A stretch of DNA of 59,594 nt, counting the filler, from Platydemus manokwari (lineage: Eukaryota), in assembly GCA_037951405.1 (NCBI GenBank). It is 5 parts of 5 records of this genome, joined end to end, with 100 filler letters (N's around TTAATTAATTAA, not from the genome) between each part and the next. Parts side by side here need not be neighbours in the genome. Positions count along the whole stretch, not along the records: positions 1 to 13,355 come from JBBMOY011751396.1; positions 13,456 to 22,927 come from JBBMOY011243985.1; 3 more parts are not named here. The stretch is one strand, 5' to 3'. Below, piece by piece: positions 1-13,939 of this stretch. Both the position numbers and the translations under genes were made by a program. The notes below the pieces were generated by a model. It saw nothing but the letters and a program-made list of their open reading frames with translations. It was not told where the DNA came from and did no database searches. Every line of letters starts with the position of its first letter. Within the stretch, counting starts at the first letter, position 1.

Positions 1-1955
1 AACTTATTATCATTTATTATCATTTATTATCATTCTTAATTATTTATAATTATTGCATTATATATTTCATTGTATAATGAAATCAAATATTCCCAAAATC
101 AATAAAGATATTCACGAGAGTATGATAATGAGATTCAAACAAATTTTTAACAAGAACTCATCATTGCTATTGGGGTCTGGAAATCGAAGATCACAGTATT
201 TGGTTGGGAATTGGAATGGATATATTAATTCACACTAACTTCACACTCCAATTATTTTTCCCCGTGTCTTTTTTTTCTTCCCAGCCCCTTTTCAGACTCT
301 AATTCTATTGGTCTTTTGAATTCTTAATCTATCGAGCCGTGTTTTTCTGTTGTTACCTGGGATTTTGTTGGTTTCTCTGGTTTTTTATTTGCTGTCTGAT
401 GTTTTGTCATTTATCGGTAGTTTTCTTTTACCATGCACCAGATGAGCACTCATTTTCGGTCTAATCACTATCTGAGTTAAACATTAGTCTGTCTATGGTT
501 TTCCAACAATAATAATACACTAATAATAATGATATTATTTTTATTACAGTTTACCTTACTACTACTATTATTATTATATCTTTAACGATATGATACAAGC
601 GAGCTAATTATTCTCGATTATTATTATCCTAATGAAATTCTATCATGGTTTTTATCGCATTAGTTAAATGAGCTTTATCGATAATACTAAAAATAAATAC
701 ATTCCCGCCACGATAACAATAGAAATCACCGCTTTTATCAGCATTTTATATTTATCGAAGTTATTTGATGATAATATATATTGTGATGAATATTTTTTAA
801 ATTATTCTATTAACGAATGACACATAAAGTGATCAAAGTAATAATACTTTACCTACTCTATATCATCGCCCACGTCTTTTCAACTCACTTAATTTAACTA
901 TTAAGAAACCTAAGCCGTTAAGATTTGATGATACAAAGGATAACAAAAAATATTCAAAATTTTGTTTTGTCTGCTCATATTTATTTTCACTGATCTTTTA
1001 AATGACTTCAACAATTTGTGTGATGAGAAATTGATGGAACAATATTGTATTAAAAATAGGATTAACTAGATCATATATGTGACGTTTATTGGTCAGCACA
1101 AACATTGATTGGTTCTGAAACCACAATATACTTTTAATGACTGCTGCTGGGCTGTGAGTAGAGGTGCAATTAACAAGACTTCATAAAGACGATATGAAGC
1201 AAATTATTTGTTTTAATAATTAAAAATGAAAACAACTCTGAAAAATCCAATTATCAAATACAAGACAAAACACAGATTTGTGAATAGTGGCTTGTATTTT
1301 CACAGAACACAGAAAAGACGGACAAGTTATCAGTTGTTTTATTCATATATTAGGTTGTAAATTAAGTTCGCGGACAAAATTGGAAATAAAAATTTGTTGT
1401 ACATAAATATAAACATAAACTCGATTTCGAATATGAGCTACTAATTATGTGAAGGATTATTAAAAAAATATTTCAAAACTATTGATTTCCGAAAAGGTCG
1501 AGGTAAAACTGATGAGATTTATCAAATCGAAAATAAAATCCGATCAGAAATAACGTTTGATGAATTCATAAAATAGATATTGCTGGCACACACGCAACGA
1601 GATTTCAAATGGAAAATGCAGCAGGATTCTACTTTTAGCTAAGAAATTCTTTGCTAATAATTTATTATGGAAAATTTATTTTGTGAAACTCGGCTTTGCA
1701 TGGGAATATCTGGCGGCTTTTTCAGAGGATTATGAACAACTTGGACTTTTTCCATTCGTTGTATGATGATGATTATTATGTGTGATTATTGATTTGTTGG
1801 GTATTTATTTTTCTAATTATTTCTCTTATTTTTGTTGGTTTTATTCATTTTATTCTTTTAATTATATTACCAACCTAATTGATTCTCATATATAAAATAC
1901 TTAAATTTTTTTTTAATTATTTTTGTATTTCATTTTTATAATCTTTCATAAATTT

Positions 1956-1993
1956 GATTATTATGATTATTATTATTATTATTATTATTATTA

Positions 1994-2039
<46 letters not shown>

Positions 2040-2050
2040 CGATATCATTA
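1956..2050. repeat. (ATT)n/(TTA)n microsatellite
   Basis: Long near-perfect ATT run; explains the spurious poly-Ile ORF 1917..2114. Confidence 0.95.
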
Positions 2051-3059
2051 TTTTTGAAATAACTGTTATTATCGATTTATTAAAACAATGAAAGTTGCTC
2101 TTAGAGACATCCATTCGTTTGACATTTAAAATTTAACTAACAAATTAAGAAAACTTAAACAATTTAATATAGATTCACAGAAAAAAAAATGAAAACTAAC
2201 ATATTGCGTGGAGAAAATACAAAATAATTGTTAACACATGCATACAGGCTCTTGTTGTATTTGAAAGAGATTTATAGTTGTAATATAGTTGATTCTGAAC
2301 GACGTCATTCTCAGCAAGCGTTTCACTTGTTTTTTTTGGGAGTGAAATACATAAATACAAAATGCATAAATACACTGTGAACGAGTTTCTAGCATTTTTC
2401 ATCTCATGGTTTCCATTATTAATTAAAAAAAACTCTTTCATCCAACCTCCATTATATGGAATTTGTTTTTATGAATATTTTGCTCTTACTATTTTCAATA
2501 TAAAAACCAATGTTTCTATTTTTATGATTTTTGTCTGTTGGAACAAATGTCTCTGTGATTTTGGATGAGTTTTTATACAAATGGAACACTAACAAATTGG
2601 AACATTACCACTCATCTTATATTATCAACATTCTTTTGCCTTTGATCTTTCCGTCAAATGCACTTCTTGAATTATTCTAATTCCATTATTATAACAGACT
2701 GTATATTTTATAAAGTTATGAAATGAAATAACTCAAGCGATTTAGAACTTATTTTAATCATTCTTGAGTGGTTTTCTTTCTGTTGACTTTAAGATCACTT
2801 CATGCTTTGTTTAAAATCGTCATTAGATTTGAGTTGAATTTTATTTCCACTAATACTTTTGAATTACTTATAATTATACTCTGCACTTTCACTTTGTTTA
2901 TATTTCTTATATTGATATCACCATAATGATACTTTGTGCTTTCGTTGACTTATGCACTTTAAATATACAAAACTCTGACTGTAATTATGTACGATATTAA
3001 TTCTAAAATCCATTATTAAAGTCTTTAAATATGGGAATCTTTTTAAACGATATCCTATC

Positions 3060-3750
3060 GTTGAGCCTGTTGTGAGGATTTGAAAATTTGACTTTAAAAT
3101 GTTGTATAAATTAATTTCAAATGATATGAATTTGTTTAAATAATAGTTGGTAAGCATAATTTTGTGTTGTGACTTTTCAGTTAGTTATCAATGCGATGAA
3201 GATAAAATGGAGATGATACATTTTTATTCGATTCTGAGAAGGACTATGACATGAAAGTATAGGAGAGAAGAAAGACATGGAAAAGATGCAGGAAAGATGT
3301 AAAGACGATATAGACAAGGTATATATGAGATAAGAAGAAAAAGTAAGGATATGAAGAAGATATAACGAAAAATGTAAAGAGATGATGCATTTTTATTATG
3401 ACATGAAAGTATAGGAGAGAAGAAGGAAGATATGGAAAAAAAATATAGAAAAGAAGTAAAGACGAAATGGACAAGTTGTATAGAAAATATAGAGAGGATA
3501 AAGTGAGGATATAAAGATATAAAGTAGAGAAAAAAGGAAATTTTCATTTAGATAAATGTTTAGAGAATTCCATGAAAGGATAATTAGGAATTCATTGGGA
3601 ATGAAAGATGTTAAAGAAAGGGGAACATGAGGATTCTAAAATTTAAGTTTAAAAGATTTTTTTAATTTAATTCAAAAAATATTAATTTGTTTAAATTATT
3701 GTTGCTAAGCATAATTTGTGACTTTTCAGTTTGTTTTCAAAGCGTGCTTA
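3060..3750 (+). repeat. Dispersed repeat family copy (purine-rich core)
   Basis: Shares TTGTGAGGATTTGAAA, GTGACTTTTCAGTTAGTT and TTTTCATTTAGATAAAT blocks with 5220-6075. Internal duplication TATGACATGAAAGTATAGGAGAGAAG at ~3245 and ~3397. Partial matches at ~12290 (inverted) and ~27669. Boundaries approximate. Confidence 0.7.
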
Positions 3751-4037
3751 CACAAGTATTTTTAATTTAAACCAATGATAAATGGACACGTATTTGATGA
3801 TGTGAACATTTCCGTATTAAACCAAAAAATGCTCATCGGTTTAGAAATCTTCTTCTATTCGCCAAAATTAAATTCGTTTTCTAATCCATCAATTTAGAAT
3901 TTCGCCTATCATTAAATTCGAAACCACGATCAATAATCATTTCATGAAACACGGACACCACGACCATTTCTTTCATATTATAATTTTATCAATATTATTT
4001 GATGTATTTTATAAAGAATATATTCATATTTGTTTAG

Positions 4038-4287
4038 GGTCGAACTGGTGTCATTGTTTGTGCTATTTTATTATTTCAAAACCCAAACTGGACAGCAACG
4101 GAAACGTTGGTATTTTATGGAAAACATCGGACAACAAACGGGAAAGGTGTTACAATTCCTAGTCAAATGCGTTTTATTTATTATTTTGAACATTATCTAC
4201 GAAAGGAACTGCAATACGATAGTTTACCTCTGAAATTAAATTATGTCGCATTTGAAGAAATGCCAAATATTGTTGGGAATGGTTACG
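4038..4287 (+). CDS. PTEN: PTEN lipid phosphatase, internal exon (second half of phosphatase domain)
   Basis: After ttag acceptor reads GRTGVIVCAILLFQNPNWTATETLVFYGKHRTTNGKGVTIPSQMRFIYYFEHYLRKELQYDSLPLKLNYVAFEEMPNIVGNGY. This matches PTEN GRTGVMICAYLL...KGVTIPSQRRYVYY. Phase-1 donor GTAAC at 4288. The HCKAGK exon was not seen and probably lies upstream of the window. Confidence 0.93.
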
Positions 4288-5219
4288 GTAACTTTATCTG
4301 TTATTGTTTGTTTTTGAATATTAGATTCTTTGTGATTGGTTGTATTTCTCAATGAAATAATATGGAAATCTGGTTACAAAATTATCTTGTGGTTATTATT
4401 AAGTCAATCATTTGTTGTCGCTAGTAAAACCCAGTAGCAATATTAATATCATTATCTTTTTGTCATCATCGGTTCTTTTATTTTGAAATTATTCAATAAT
4501 AGTACAAATCGATATTCGGGAAAAGAACTAACTATTTGAATTATTATCAATATATGAACAAATTATTAGTGTATGAAAGTGTTATTATTTTAATCCAAAG
4601 TAGGTTTGCAGTTATCAAGTAGACTATTTATTTGAAAATTCGACACTAGAACAGCGGAAATTTCGTTATAAACCTGTTATATTCCTTCAACATTCCAACA
4701 TTCTTCAAATTTCTTCAGGACATTCTGATACACACACTTTAATAACTGTAAACCTACTTTTGGGCCACGCTGTATGACAACATAAATGACTGTCAATCGA
4801 ATGAAATTTTACGATTTTAATTCTAAGATACCCAATCGGCTTTGTTAACTTATTGAAGGAGCCATTGAGCCGAAATATTAGTATATCTCCAAATAAATTG
4901 GTTTTTCGAAATTTAGTATTTTTGTAGAGTTGATTCACTGAAATCGATTTCTTTTTAATGAAGTTTTCTGGTTTTCTTAAAAATATATTGTTATTATTAT
5001 TATTATTAAAACTGGCTTTCAATTTTGATTGACTTCTGCTTTTAGCTTGAGAATAATATTTTCTAAGTGGGTGACCTTACATTATTACCTGGTGCACTGT
5101 TTCCTTTGGCTTTCAATTTTTCTGTTTTGATCAATAACTGTCAAATAAAATCGAGTTTATTCTCGTAACTATAAAGGTTTATAAAATATTTCGTGTGCGT
5201 GTGTTAGCGAAGAATTTTA

Positions 5220-6075
5220 TTGTGAGGATTTGAAATTTTGAAAAATTTTTAAATTAATATCAAAAAATATTTTTTTAAAATAATTGTGTTTAAAAATTTA
5301 ATTTTGTTTTAATTTTTCAGTCGTTTCTAATGCGAAGGAAATAAGATTGAGACCACGCATTTGGATTCGATTCTAAGAATGTCTATGACATGATGATAGT
5401 GATGGAGGGAATGAGGAAGATATAAAGAAAATGTGAATAAGATATAAATTAGAAAGAAGAAATAGAAATTTTCATTTAGATAAATATTTAGAGAATTTGA
5501 TTCAGAGATAATTAGGAATAAGATTGAAAATGAACGATTTTAAAGAATGGAGGATGTGAAGATTTTAAAATTAAAAATTAAAAATTTTTATAAATGAATT
5601 TCAAAAGATATTATTTTGTTTAAATAATTGTAGTTAATCATAATTTTGTGTCTTGACTTTTCAATTAGTTACCAATGCGTAGAAGCTTAGATTTAGATCT
5701 CGTATTTGTCTTTGATTCTGAGAAGGAATATGACAAAGAAAGTACATGAGAGAATGAGAAAGATGTAGAGAAGGTAAAGATATAAAGAGAAAATACAAGT
5801 CAAATGTAAATAAGATATAAAGCGGATAATAGTAGAGAGAAGAAACAGAGATTTTCATTCAAATAAATACTTATAGAATTTGATCCAGAGATAACTTAGG
5901 AATAACTTTGAAAATAAAAGATTTTTAAGAAGGGAAGACTTCAGAATTGTTAAATTTGAATTTAAAAAATTTTATAAATTAAATCTCAAAAAATAAAAAA
6001 AAATTGCTTAAAATATTGCATTTAAATATTTAATTTTGTGTCTTGCTTTTTCAGTCGGTTTTCAAAGCGTGCCTT
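5220..6075 (+). repeat. Tandem degenerate copies of the 3060-3750 repeat family
   Basis: Recurring TTTTCAGTC/TTAGTT...CAATGCG, TTTTCATTTAGATAAAT...GAGATAATTAGGAAT and TTTTCAAAGCGTGC blocks at ~340-380 nt spacing. Confidence 0.65.
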
Positions 6076-9000
6076 ATTAAATAGTAGCGCCATACAGTTC
6101 TTATTTCTGATTGGATGATTTATTAAAAATCGATCTGAATGATATATGAGCTTATCCTTTTATAACGATTATTTATAGAAAAGATTATATTTATAGTCTT
6201 CGTAAATAGTCGTTTTAAAAAATCGCTAAAGCATTTCGATGAAAATCGTTGTGAATTGGGTATTATATTCATAAAACATTTTACAAATAAACCTGCTCGT
6301 TCATTGATTCTATGAATCTCTACTCATTCTAAAAAAATCGATATTACCACTAAAATTTTGGAATATTATTAATACTAAGTTAATTGAATAAAGTACAATT
6401 TCATCTGTAACAAAGATTAAATATAATTCGTTATATCATGACAAGCTTCTTGGAACAATAAATTCCAATTCAATCTGGTTTTAGAAAACAATTATTGTTC
6501 CTAATGTACAGAAATGTCGATTATTATCAAATCTCTATTAATTACAATTAAAATTCAATTTTTAGTTAGTGTATATTGTAAATTCATCAATGATTTACTC
6601 TGTATGTTCATTGTACAACACACTCTGTAGCTGTATTTATCGAAGTGCATGTGCCAGACTAAAATTGTTTGTATGTTAACAGTTACTCTGAGACAACCCG
6701 TATAATCGGTGACAATCAATGTGGAAAATATGACGCTTTATTGATCAGTTGGTTGTATTCTAAATTTTCTATGTCAAATATGTACTCGTTTGACCTTCCA
6801 TTAAATCATTTCTGTACTTTAAGCGAACAAATTCTGTCTGCTATCGAAAAGAAAAGAGATTGTTATTAAACGTAAATTCAATTGGATATTATGTAAATTT
6901 TTCAGGTTTTTATTCAACTTTCTTGTCAGAAGATTTTAAAGAATATTTATATATTTTTTCTAATCGATTGTTCTATTTGGTAATTGATTTTCTATTAGTT
7001 GTATTCTGAATTTTGGATATTGTATTGAAAAATCTGACATTGAAAATAGTTTATATAATTACTTAATCGTTTTCATTTTCATGGAATTTGCTCGCTATTA
7101 TGAATATATTTTATGAGAACTTTTAATATAGCTCAATAATTACGATAAATGAACAGGAGGATCATGAAATTAGTCTATTGATCGACCTTGTACTATTAAT
7201 GTCATCCTCATTTAACAAAATGGTTGTTTTTAATAATTTCATGATTTTAATTGATAAGGGTTTATGAAAGTTTTCTGATTGATTCACTAACAACTCCAAT
7301 GGGTAGCCCACACAAGCGCGCACACACACATATATCGATTTCGAAATAGTTCTTTTTTCTCATCAGTGTTGGCTAGATCTTGAATCGATCATTTAATAAT
7401 TTATAGACCCATTGTAGATTCTATCTTATTGAACGAAAGTATTGCAGAAAGTATTGCCTTGAAAAAAATCACCGATAAGAACTGAATTAGAAACCATCAA
7501 AATTCTTCATATTTTTAGAGAGAAAAATAGTAGGAAAAAACAAAGGTTTTTGGAAAATTAAAGACTTTTGTGGAGACATATAAAAATTTAATTGCAATTC
7601 TGATTCATAAATGAGAAATGTTCTTATAGCATTGTATATAGTGACAATGAATGGTAACTCGCTTATTACACTTAATTATTGATATAATTACTATTATGTT
7701 TATTAAAATCCGAATATAAATATGCTCTTTTTAAACATTTCTCTCACTTTCAAGTTAATTTCTTTTTGATTTCCTCTTAACTTGCAGTGAAAATGTACTT
7801 TTCACTTTACACAATCGAATGAATTGTAGACAGAAAACGATGCAATTTAAGAAAATTTATATCGGTCCCATTTTTTTTTGAAAATAAATAATTTAAAAAT
7901 AGAAAATCTAAATGGAGTTCATGTTGATAAATTCGAAAGACAATACACACATTAACACGGTTTTTCTTGTGAGTTTTTGTTAGAAAAAATAATAATTAAT
8001 TCTCTGACCTTACATAGTTTTGTCTGTGATTCATGCGATGCCTAGTTACCAATAGAAATATTATGTTAATATGTTTTTCATCGGAATTTTCGAAGTTCTG
8101 TTATTTTAGAGAGATTTCTTTTTTTTTATTAAAAACTACAAGAAAAAAAATCGTCTGGAATATTTTAAGAAAATATTAATTCTTGAAAACGTATTTAATC
8201 ATGGAATGTTATTGAAGTTTTCAAAACCGTTTTCCTTTCATAGGTAATGGCAAATGTCGTCGAATTCATTACAATTCATATGATTTATCAATCAAAGACA
8301 CCGTAGCTAAAGTAATGATGATACATATGTTATTGGGCAAAATAGTGGAGATTAATCTATAAATTCCCGTCGATTTTTGAAATGTTTTATTTATTTTACA
8401 CGCGACAATCATGAGCAATATGTCTTGAATAAAAATTAAATTTAAAATCCTTTAAACACTCCTACATTATCGGCCTTGGGAAATATATTGAATTAATACG
8501 CTGATGTATCACGGAGTCTTCTTTTATAATGTTTTCCCGCAACATTTAGACGTTTGTGCTATCTATAGTATTTGAGGACTTGAACTTTTGGTTAAGAGTA
8601 ACTTTCATTGCAACACAAGTATTTAAAAGCTGAAATATGGGAACAGTCTGTATTGTGCTTAGTAAGAAATACCCTTTTTGTCTCTTCGGTCTCTTGGCAT
8701 TGGAATGTATTCATTACAACTAAGCATGGTAGGATTTGAATGTATTATTACTGATACGATTTAAATCTTACGCCATTCTGTCATCAAACCATTCTTTCGT
8801 CTGTGTGTGTATGTATTTGAACAAAAACTCATTTTTGGATAAGTCATGCGCGTTATCGACTCTGTTGTTTGAATATTCAGCACATTCTCAACATTATCTT
8901 GAATCGCTTTTTCGTCACAACGATGATTTTGATGAATATTGATTGGGAATCTTTTAGCTGCAATAGTTGTATGGAAAGATAAATTTAATGTGGTCTGCAT

Positions 9001-9699
9001 TTCAAATTTGGATCATGTAAAGTTCTGTAAATTATGTTTCGACTTTCTTCATTGTTGAATTTTAGTTTGGCAAAGTGTGTGTTGGTCGGTTTATTGTTTA
9101 AAAATGATTTCCATAACAAAATGCTTTCACTGATATTATCTAATTACACTCATCAGCGCAAATGTAAAAGTTGGTATGTATAATATCTACACGAACTTAG
9201 TTATTCTTGTTGCGGTGACAGAAAAGGGCACGTGCATTGTATAAATGCAAAATAGTGACTGTGAATTACTATAGCATTTTTCAAAATTATTAATCGTCTG
9301 ATATTCAATTGAGGATTTTTAAGTTTTATTCTTTATTAGATAGAATCGTGCTTATTTCAAATTTATTGATAATATATAGGTGTCTATTTTTATATTTCAT
9401 TTTTCCGGTCAAAGAAACTTGAATACTTGATAATACGTGTTGGTAGTAGTCTATGGAAAGAAATATTATTGCTACATCGTTGGTAAACTTTTCTGAAGCA
9501 GTGCTAGCATATTATTATCACTGTAAGCCACTACTATTTTATAAAACACGCTTTGAAAACGAAAAATTAGTAAGACAGTTTAATATTTTATAAAAATTTA
9601 ATTTTATAATTTTTCAAATTCCAATTCATTATAAATCCTCACAATCACCAAGGGTTTGATATTACAATTAGCTTTATCTAATTCCTCATTTTTGTAAGC

Positions 9700-10200
9700 A
9701 TGTTATGATGCAAATATTTATTGCTCCGACCACTTTCGAATTCTATTGAATTCTTTATTTAATGTCTACTGTTTCAAAATCTCGCTAAAATTATCGACAA
9801 ACAGCATATCCTTCAGAGAGCCTCCAAGAATCATTTTTAAAGTGTTCCACTTTCAATTTTATTTTCGTTAATACAAGACCGAATTAGCTTATCAACATTT
9901 CGAGAACATATCTCTCCACACAGCCTTAATTGAAGGTCATGATAGTTCATCCAATGTTTGAGGATGATTCCGATTTTATATGACTCAGGGGAAAGAAATC
10001 ATATGGCATTACGTCGGATGATCTTGGGGACCCCTGCAAAACATTTAGTCGATCCAACGGTTTGGAAAACCATGATTCAAATTACTGTTGATGAATCGGT
10101 TAAAATGCGAAGAAACTGTATCTTGAATTCATTGAATATTTAAAAATGACATTTGTTGTTTCGCAATAAATTTTACTAAGGAAAAAATCAAATTATTTTA
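9700..10200 (-). mobile_element. Degenerate Tc1/mariner-superfamily (DD37D-like) transposase C-terminal remnant
   Basis: Minus-strand frameshifted peptides FPNRWID and PRSSDVMPYDFF (~9980-10070) resemble the FPxRWIG...WPPRSPDLTPxDFFLW motif. No TIRs identified. Confidence 0.55.
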
Positions 10201-10878
10201 GTCTTTGATTGTTTGATTACCATGTGTCTTTTTAATTTCAATCATACCATGTGGTTTAATGGCTAAAATTCACGTACTTATTTTAATGTCGTATTTTTGA
10301 AGATTTATATAGCAAATCAATCGATCACTATTCAATTCCTTCTTCAATTGAGAGATTTAATTAGATGGAATTGTTCACGTAAATTCACACAATAAACCTC
10401 TTTATCGATAATTACAAAAATAGCGTTGATACATTTTTGAATGCTGTGACTGAAATGGATGATATTTGCTCCATTTAAATGCATCTAAAATCTTTGGTTC
10501 ATGATCTTCTTAAAATGAGAATGAAGTTGATATACGACTGAGTTATAGCAAAATTCTCAACTTTATAAAATTAGGCTTAGAGTATTGGTTGTTATCACTA
10601 TATATTCGAATTTATTCTTCTTTAAATTTTTATACTAAAAATCCTTCAATCTAGGGAAATTATGTTACAAATTTTCAAATTGGTTAGATAAACCAGATGT
10701 TATATAAAAGCCAATTACTTCTTATAGTTAATAATATAGTGTTTATATATATAAAGATATTTGTTGTCCAATGTTATAATAATTTAAATGAATTGTGATG
10801 CAAAATTCGAATGCATACTGGTTTAGTTAATTAACTGAAATAATCAAAAAATGCATTTTAATATTTTTTTTAAATCAG

Positions 10879-11063
10879 AACTTCAATTCGTCATCTTTGT
10901 GTATGATTCGAAAACGAAGAAACTCAAAACCACTCATTCGTCTCGATTTTATGAAGCACGAAAGGACGGTACACGGGCTTTGAAGCTTTATTCGGACAAC
11001 GATGTCATTGTTTCCGATGATTTGAAATTTCAGTTCATTTTGAAATCAAAGTTTGGAAAAAAG
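10879..11063 (+). CDS. PTEN: PTEN internal exon (C2 domain, N-terminal part)
   Basis: cag acceptor at 10876-10878, phase-compatible with the 4038-4287 exon (G|AA = Glu). Reads ELQFVIFVYDSKTKKLKTTHSSRFYEARKDGTRALKLYSDNDVIVSDDLKFQFILKSKFGKK then GT donor at 11064. Aligns with PTEN PQFVV...[21 protein letters not shown]. Confidence 0.85.
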
Positions 11064-11580
11064 GTAGATTTTTATACGAAACAAATTGAGTTTTTATTGT
11101 TTGGTTTTGTGGTCCTGATAAAGACAGTGTACGACAGGACTATTAGCAATGGGAACAGGTGATATATCGGTACATCTGTTTTCAGTTAATGTGTTGATGC
11201 AATTCTCTCCATGAGCTTCGATACTATAATTCAATTTCTTTCTTCACTTTTTTGAATTCAAGTAAAGACAACTAACATAGAATGTAGAGTTTGTTTAATT
11301 GCCCGGAAAATAAATATACAATTGACAACAAGGAAAACAAACAGTTGATTAGCAATTTTTGATGATAGTCATATAAATGCAATACATTGAATTTTGGGAT
11401 TTTAATAAATAAATATTTTAATATACAACTATTTTATAAGGTACGGATCCTCTTTAGATAATTTTAGTATCTATTTTATATCTTCTTTAATGCTTCTTTA
11501 TATATTCTCAATGTCTATAATTTTCATTCATTGATCTTCTAAGAATTTAGACCTGGTATAGCACTATGTAAGCTACTGTT

Positions 11581-12073
11581 GGATCCCTTAAACAATAAAT
11601 TAAGCTCTGACTCCAAAATAGAAGGCTAACATTGTGCTTGGTTGTGTACTATTTGGCACATCTACGCATAAATTACACTTAACAAAATATCAATCAAAAC
11701 ATGGCTTCCAACTGGTAGTTGGCGACCTTTACATCGATTTCCACATTCGATATCTGTGTAAAATTTTTTGTGTCATTATTGGTTTCTTTTTTTGGTAAAA
11801 CTTTTATTGACTATAAATTTTGATTCATAGTTTTAGGTCAAATATAACTTCTTACATTTCACTCATTTAGTAATCTTATACATGTATTTGTCATATTGTC
11901 TGGTCCTCAACAATTAATTAAACTCTAACTCGAAAATAAAATATATTTTCTTGTGTTCTATTCAGTACACCTACATATAAACTATACTTCACAAAATATC
12001 AATCAAAACTGGTAGTTGGCGACCTTTACATCAATTTCCATATTCGAGATCTGTGTGAAACTTTTTGTGTCAT
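11581..12073 (+). repeat. Local direct duplication (~190 nt, two copies)
   Basis: Copies at ~11581-11777 and ~11902-12073 share ACAAAATATCAATCAAAAC and CTGGTAGTTGGCGACCTTTACATC.ATTTCCA.ATTCGA.ATCTGTGT. Confidence 0.85.
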
Positions 12074-13355
12074 CTTGTATCGTATTTTGATATTTGATAT
12101 ATTCGATATTTGCTTTTCCATGTTCTTATTGGGTTTATAAGTTTTTTTTCAATTTTCGTTTACCATCTAACTTTACTATGATTGGCTGATTGCTATCTAA
12201 GGTGCTTAAACAATGGCTCCAATATGCAAACCCGTTTTTCTTTTGCAGAATTTCATCTCACTTAACACTACCAATACCTTGCGTATCACACGTTTAAAAC
12301 AAACTGAAAAATCACGATATCAGAATTATATGTTTAAGTATAATTATATAAACAAATTAATATAACTTTATGTAAAATCTTAATTAAACCTTGAAAAATT
12401 TAATTCATTTAAAATTTCTCACATATATTTGGTTGATGATAATCTCAATGATTTATAGTTTCAATCACAATCTAATGATCTATGTTGATCTATGAGCAAA
12501 TATTGAGATTATGTAAGGTTCATAAAGCAAATATATTTTTTGACATTTATAGACAATATTTAATACGGAATTTATAGTTTGTTATCACTAGAATTAAGTC
12601 TTAAAATATTACTGTTTCGATACTGAGTCGGTGTTTCGAGTGGTAAATCAATATTTGTAAATGAATCTTGTAAAAATACACTAATTCAACGATAAATTAT
12701 GAAGGGCTTGTATTTGGTGACTTGTATAGAATATTAAAAAGATATTAAAAAATCCACTAATGAATTTTCCCTCGAACATTTTAGTAAAATAAATTATTAT
12801 CATTGCAAATTATTCGCACTACTCAACATTGGCGACTGCTGAATGTAAAGATGGTGTGTGACCATGTAATTCACTGTTCAAATTAAAAATCAAAGGAAAT
12901 TTTGTGTTTCTTCGGTTTCTTTTGACGAAAATTTCTTTGCTACAGGGGATATTGGTGATAATCACTTTAATAACAACCGCATCCAATCCAATGTCACGCA
13001 ACTATGAATGGCAATTTTATAATTTTTTTTAATAATAATTCAATCTATAATATTCTTTCATTTATCTCTGCCTTATTTATTCTAATATTATAGTGGGTTT
13101 TTAGTTGAAAATGTTTAATGAAGATAATTTGATTAAAAATCCTTTGTGAATATTGATATATATTCTCGGGAATTTGAAGACACCACTCCATTTGATATAT
13201 TTATTTGGCGGTTTATATTATTTTGAATATAAATCGATTATTTATAATATGTCATGGTTTTAGCATTCTATCAATATATTCTGTGAATAATGGAGTATGT
13301 TTGAATGCCAATTATGAATTCATGATTTATAAATAGCACAACGCAACTCTGTAGA

Positions 13356-13455
13356 NNNNNNNNNNNNNNNNNNNNNNNNNNNNNNNNNNNNNNNNNNNNT
13401 TAATTAATTAANNNNNNNNNNNNNNNNNNNNNNNNNNNNNNNNNNNNNNNNNNNN
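13356..13455. other. Assembly gap linker (N44-TTAATTAATTAA-N44)
   Basis: Ns with an all-frame stop linker; identical structure at four places. Confidence 0.98.
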
Positions 13456-13882
13456 AAACAATTCTCTTATTCATGTAAATAATTATCTTAAATTGTGCAA
13501 AATTTATTTTAAAACTCAAAAAACCCTATAAAACAATTGATGGAATTATTCCAATATCTGAAAGAGCTGGTAAAATGGTTGTTAATATAGTTAAAGCTGC
13601 ACCGGATGTTAAAAGAAAATACTTTAGGCCACTATCAACTTTTGTTCATTTATTTTTTAACTTATTATAATGACTTAATAATTCTTCTAAAACTCTTTTT
13701 TCATTAATGAAATTTTCAATTCTAGGTTAATTAATATTTACTTTTAATGTATCATTTTCATAACCCAGATAGGAGGGCCTCATATCCTGTGGATCTAGTG
13801 GCCTCATATTCTGCGAGTCTGGTGGAGCACTTGGATTATTAAAAATATCCCGCGAGCTTTCAGCGAACGAAGTTCCCTCCAT
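13456..13882 (-). pseudogene. Polinton/adintovirus membrane protein with PSAP motif (so-called GasderminX-like)
   Basis: ATG 13882: MEGTSFAESSRDIFNNPSAPPDSQNMRPLDPQDMRPSYLGYENDTLKVNIN*PRIENFINEKRVLEELLSHYNKLKNK*TKVDSGLKYFLLTSGAALTILTTILPALSDIGIIPSIVL*. Layout is PSAP, then charged helix, then hydrophobic segment. Family name from recall only. Confidence 0.6.
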
Positions 13883-13939
13883 TTTATTTAATTAAAATTT
13901 GAACGAAGTTCTTTCCCTTCAATAATACAACAAGTCCGG

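Noticed and set aside
1917-3547. Hydrophobic ORFs (poly-Ile; F/L/S-rich 3224..3547; likewise 21569..22033 and 57601..57867)
   Set aside because: Translations of microsatellite or pyrimidine-rich low-complexity strands.
8580-9300. Possible hAT-like transposase remnant on the minus strand (also 4705..5022)
   Set aside because: Only faint motif resemblance with no TIR or TSD; cannot be supported without a profile search.
12249-12365. ttttgcag acceptor as the next PTEN exon (NFISLNT...)
   Set aside because: No real C2-domain similarity, and it overlaps an inverted copy of the dispersed repeat.
12590-13010. WD40-like fragments (LATAECKDG, VSSVSFDENFFATGD) or a further PTEN exon
   Set aside because: Short, interrupted by stops, no consistent splice model and no PTEN similarity.
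13356-13455. TTAATTAATTAA palindrome within N runs (four occurrences)
   Set aside because: Scaffolding linker with stops in all frames; artefact.
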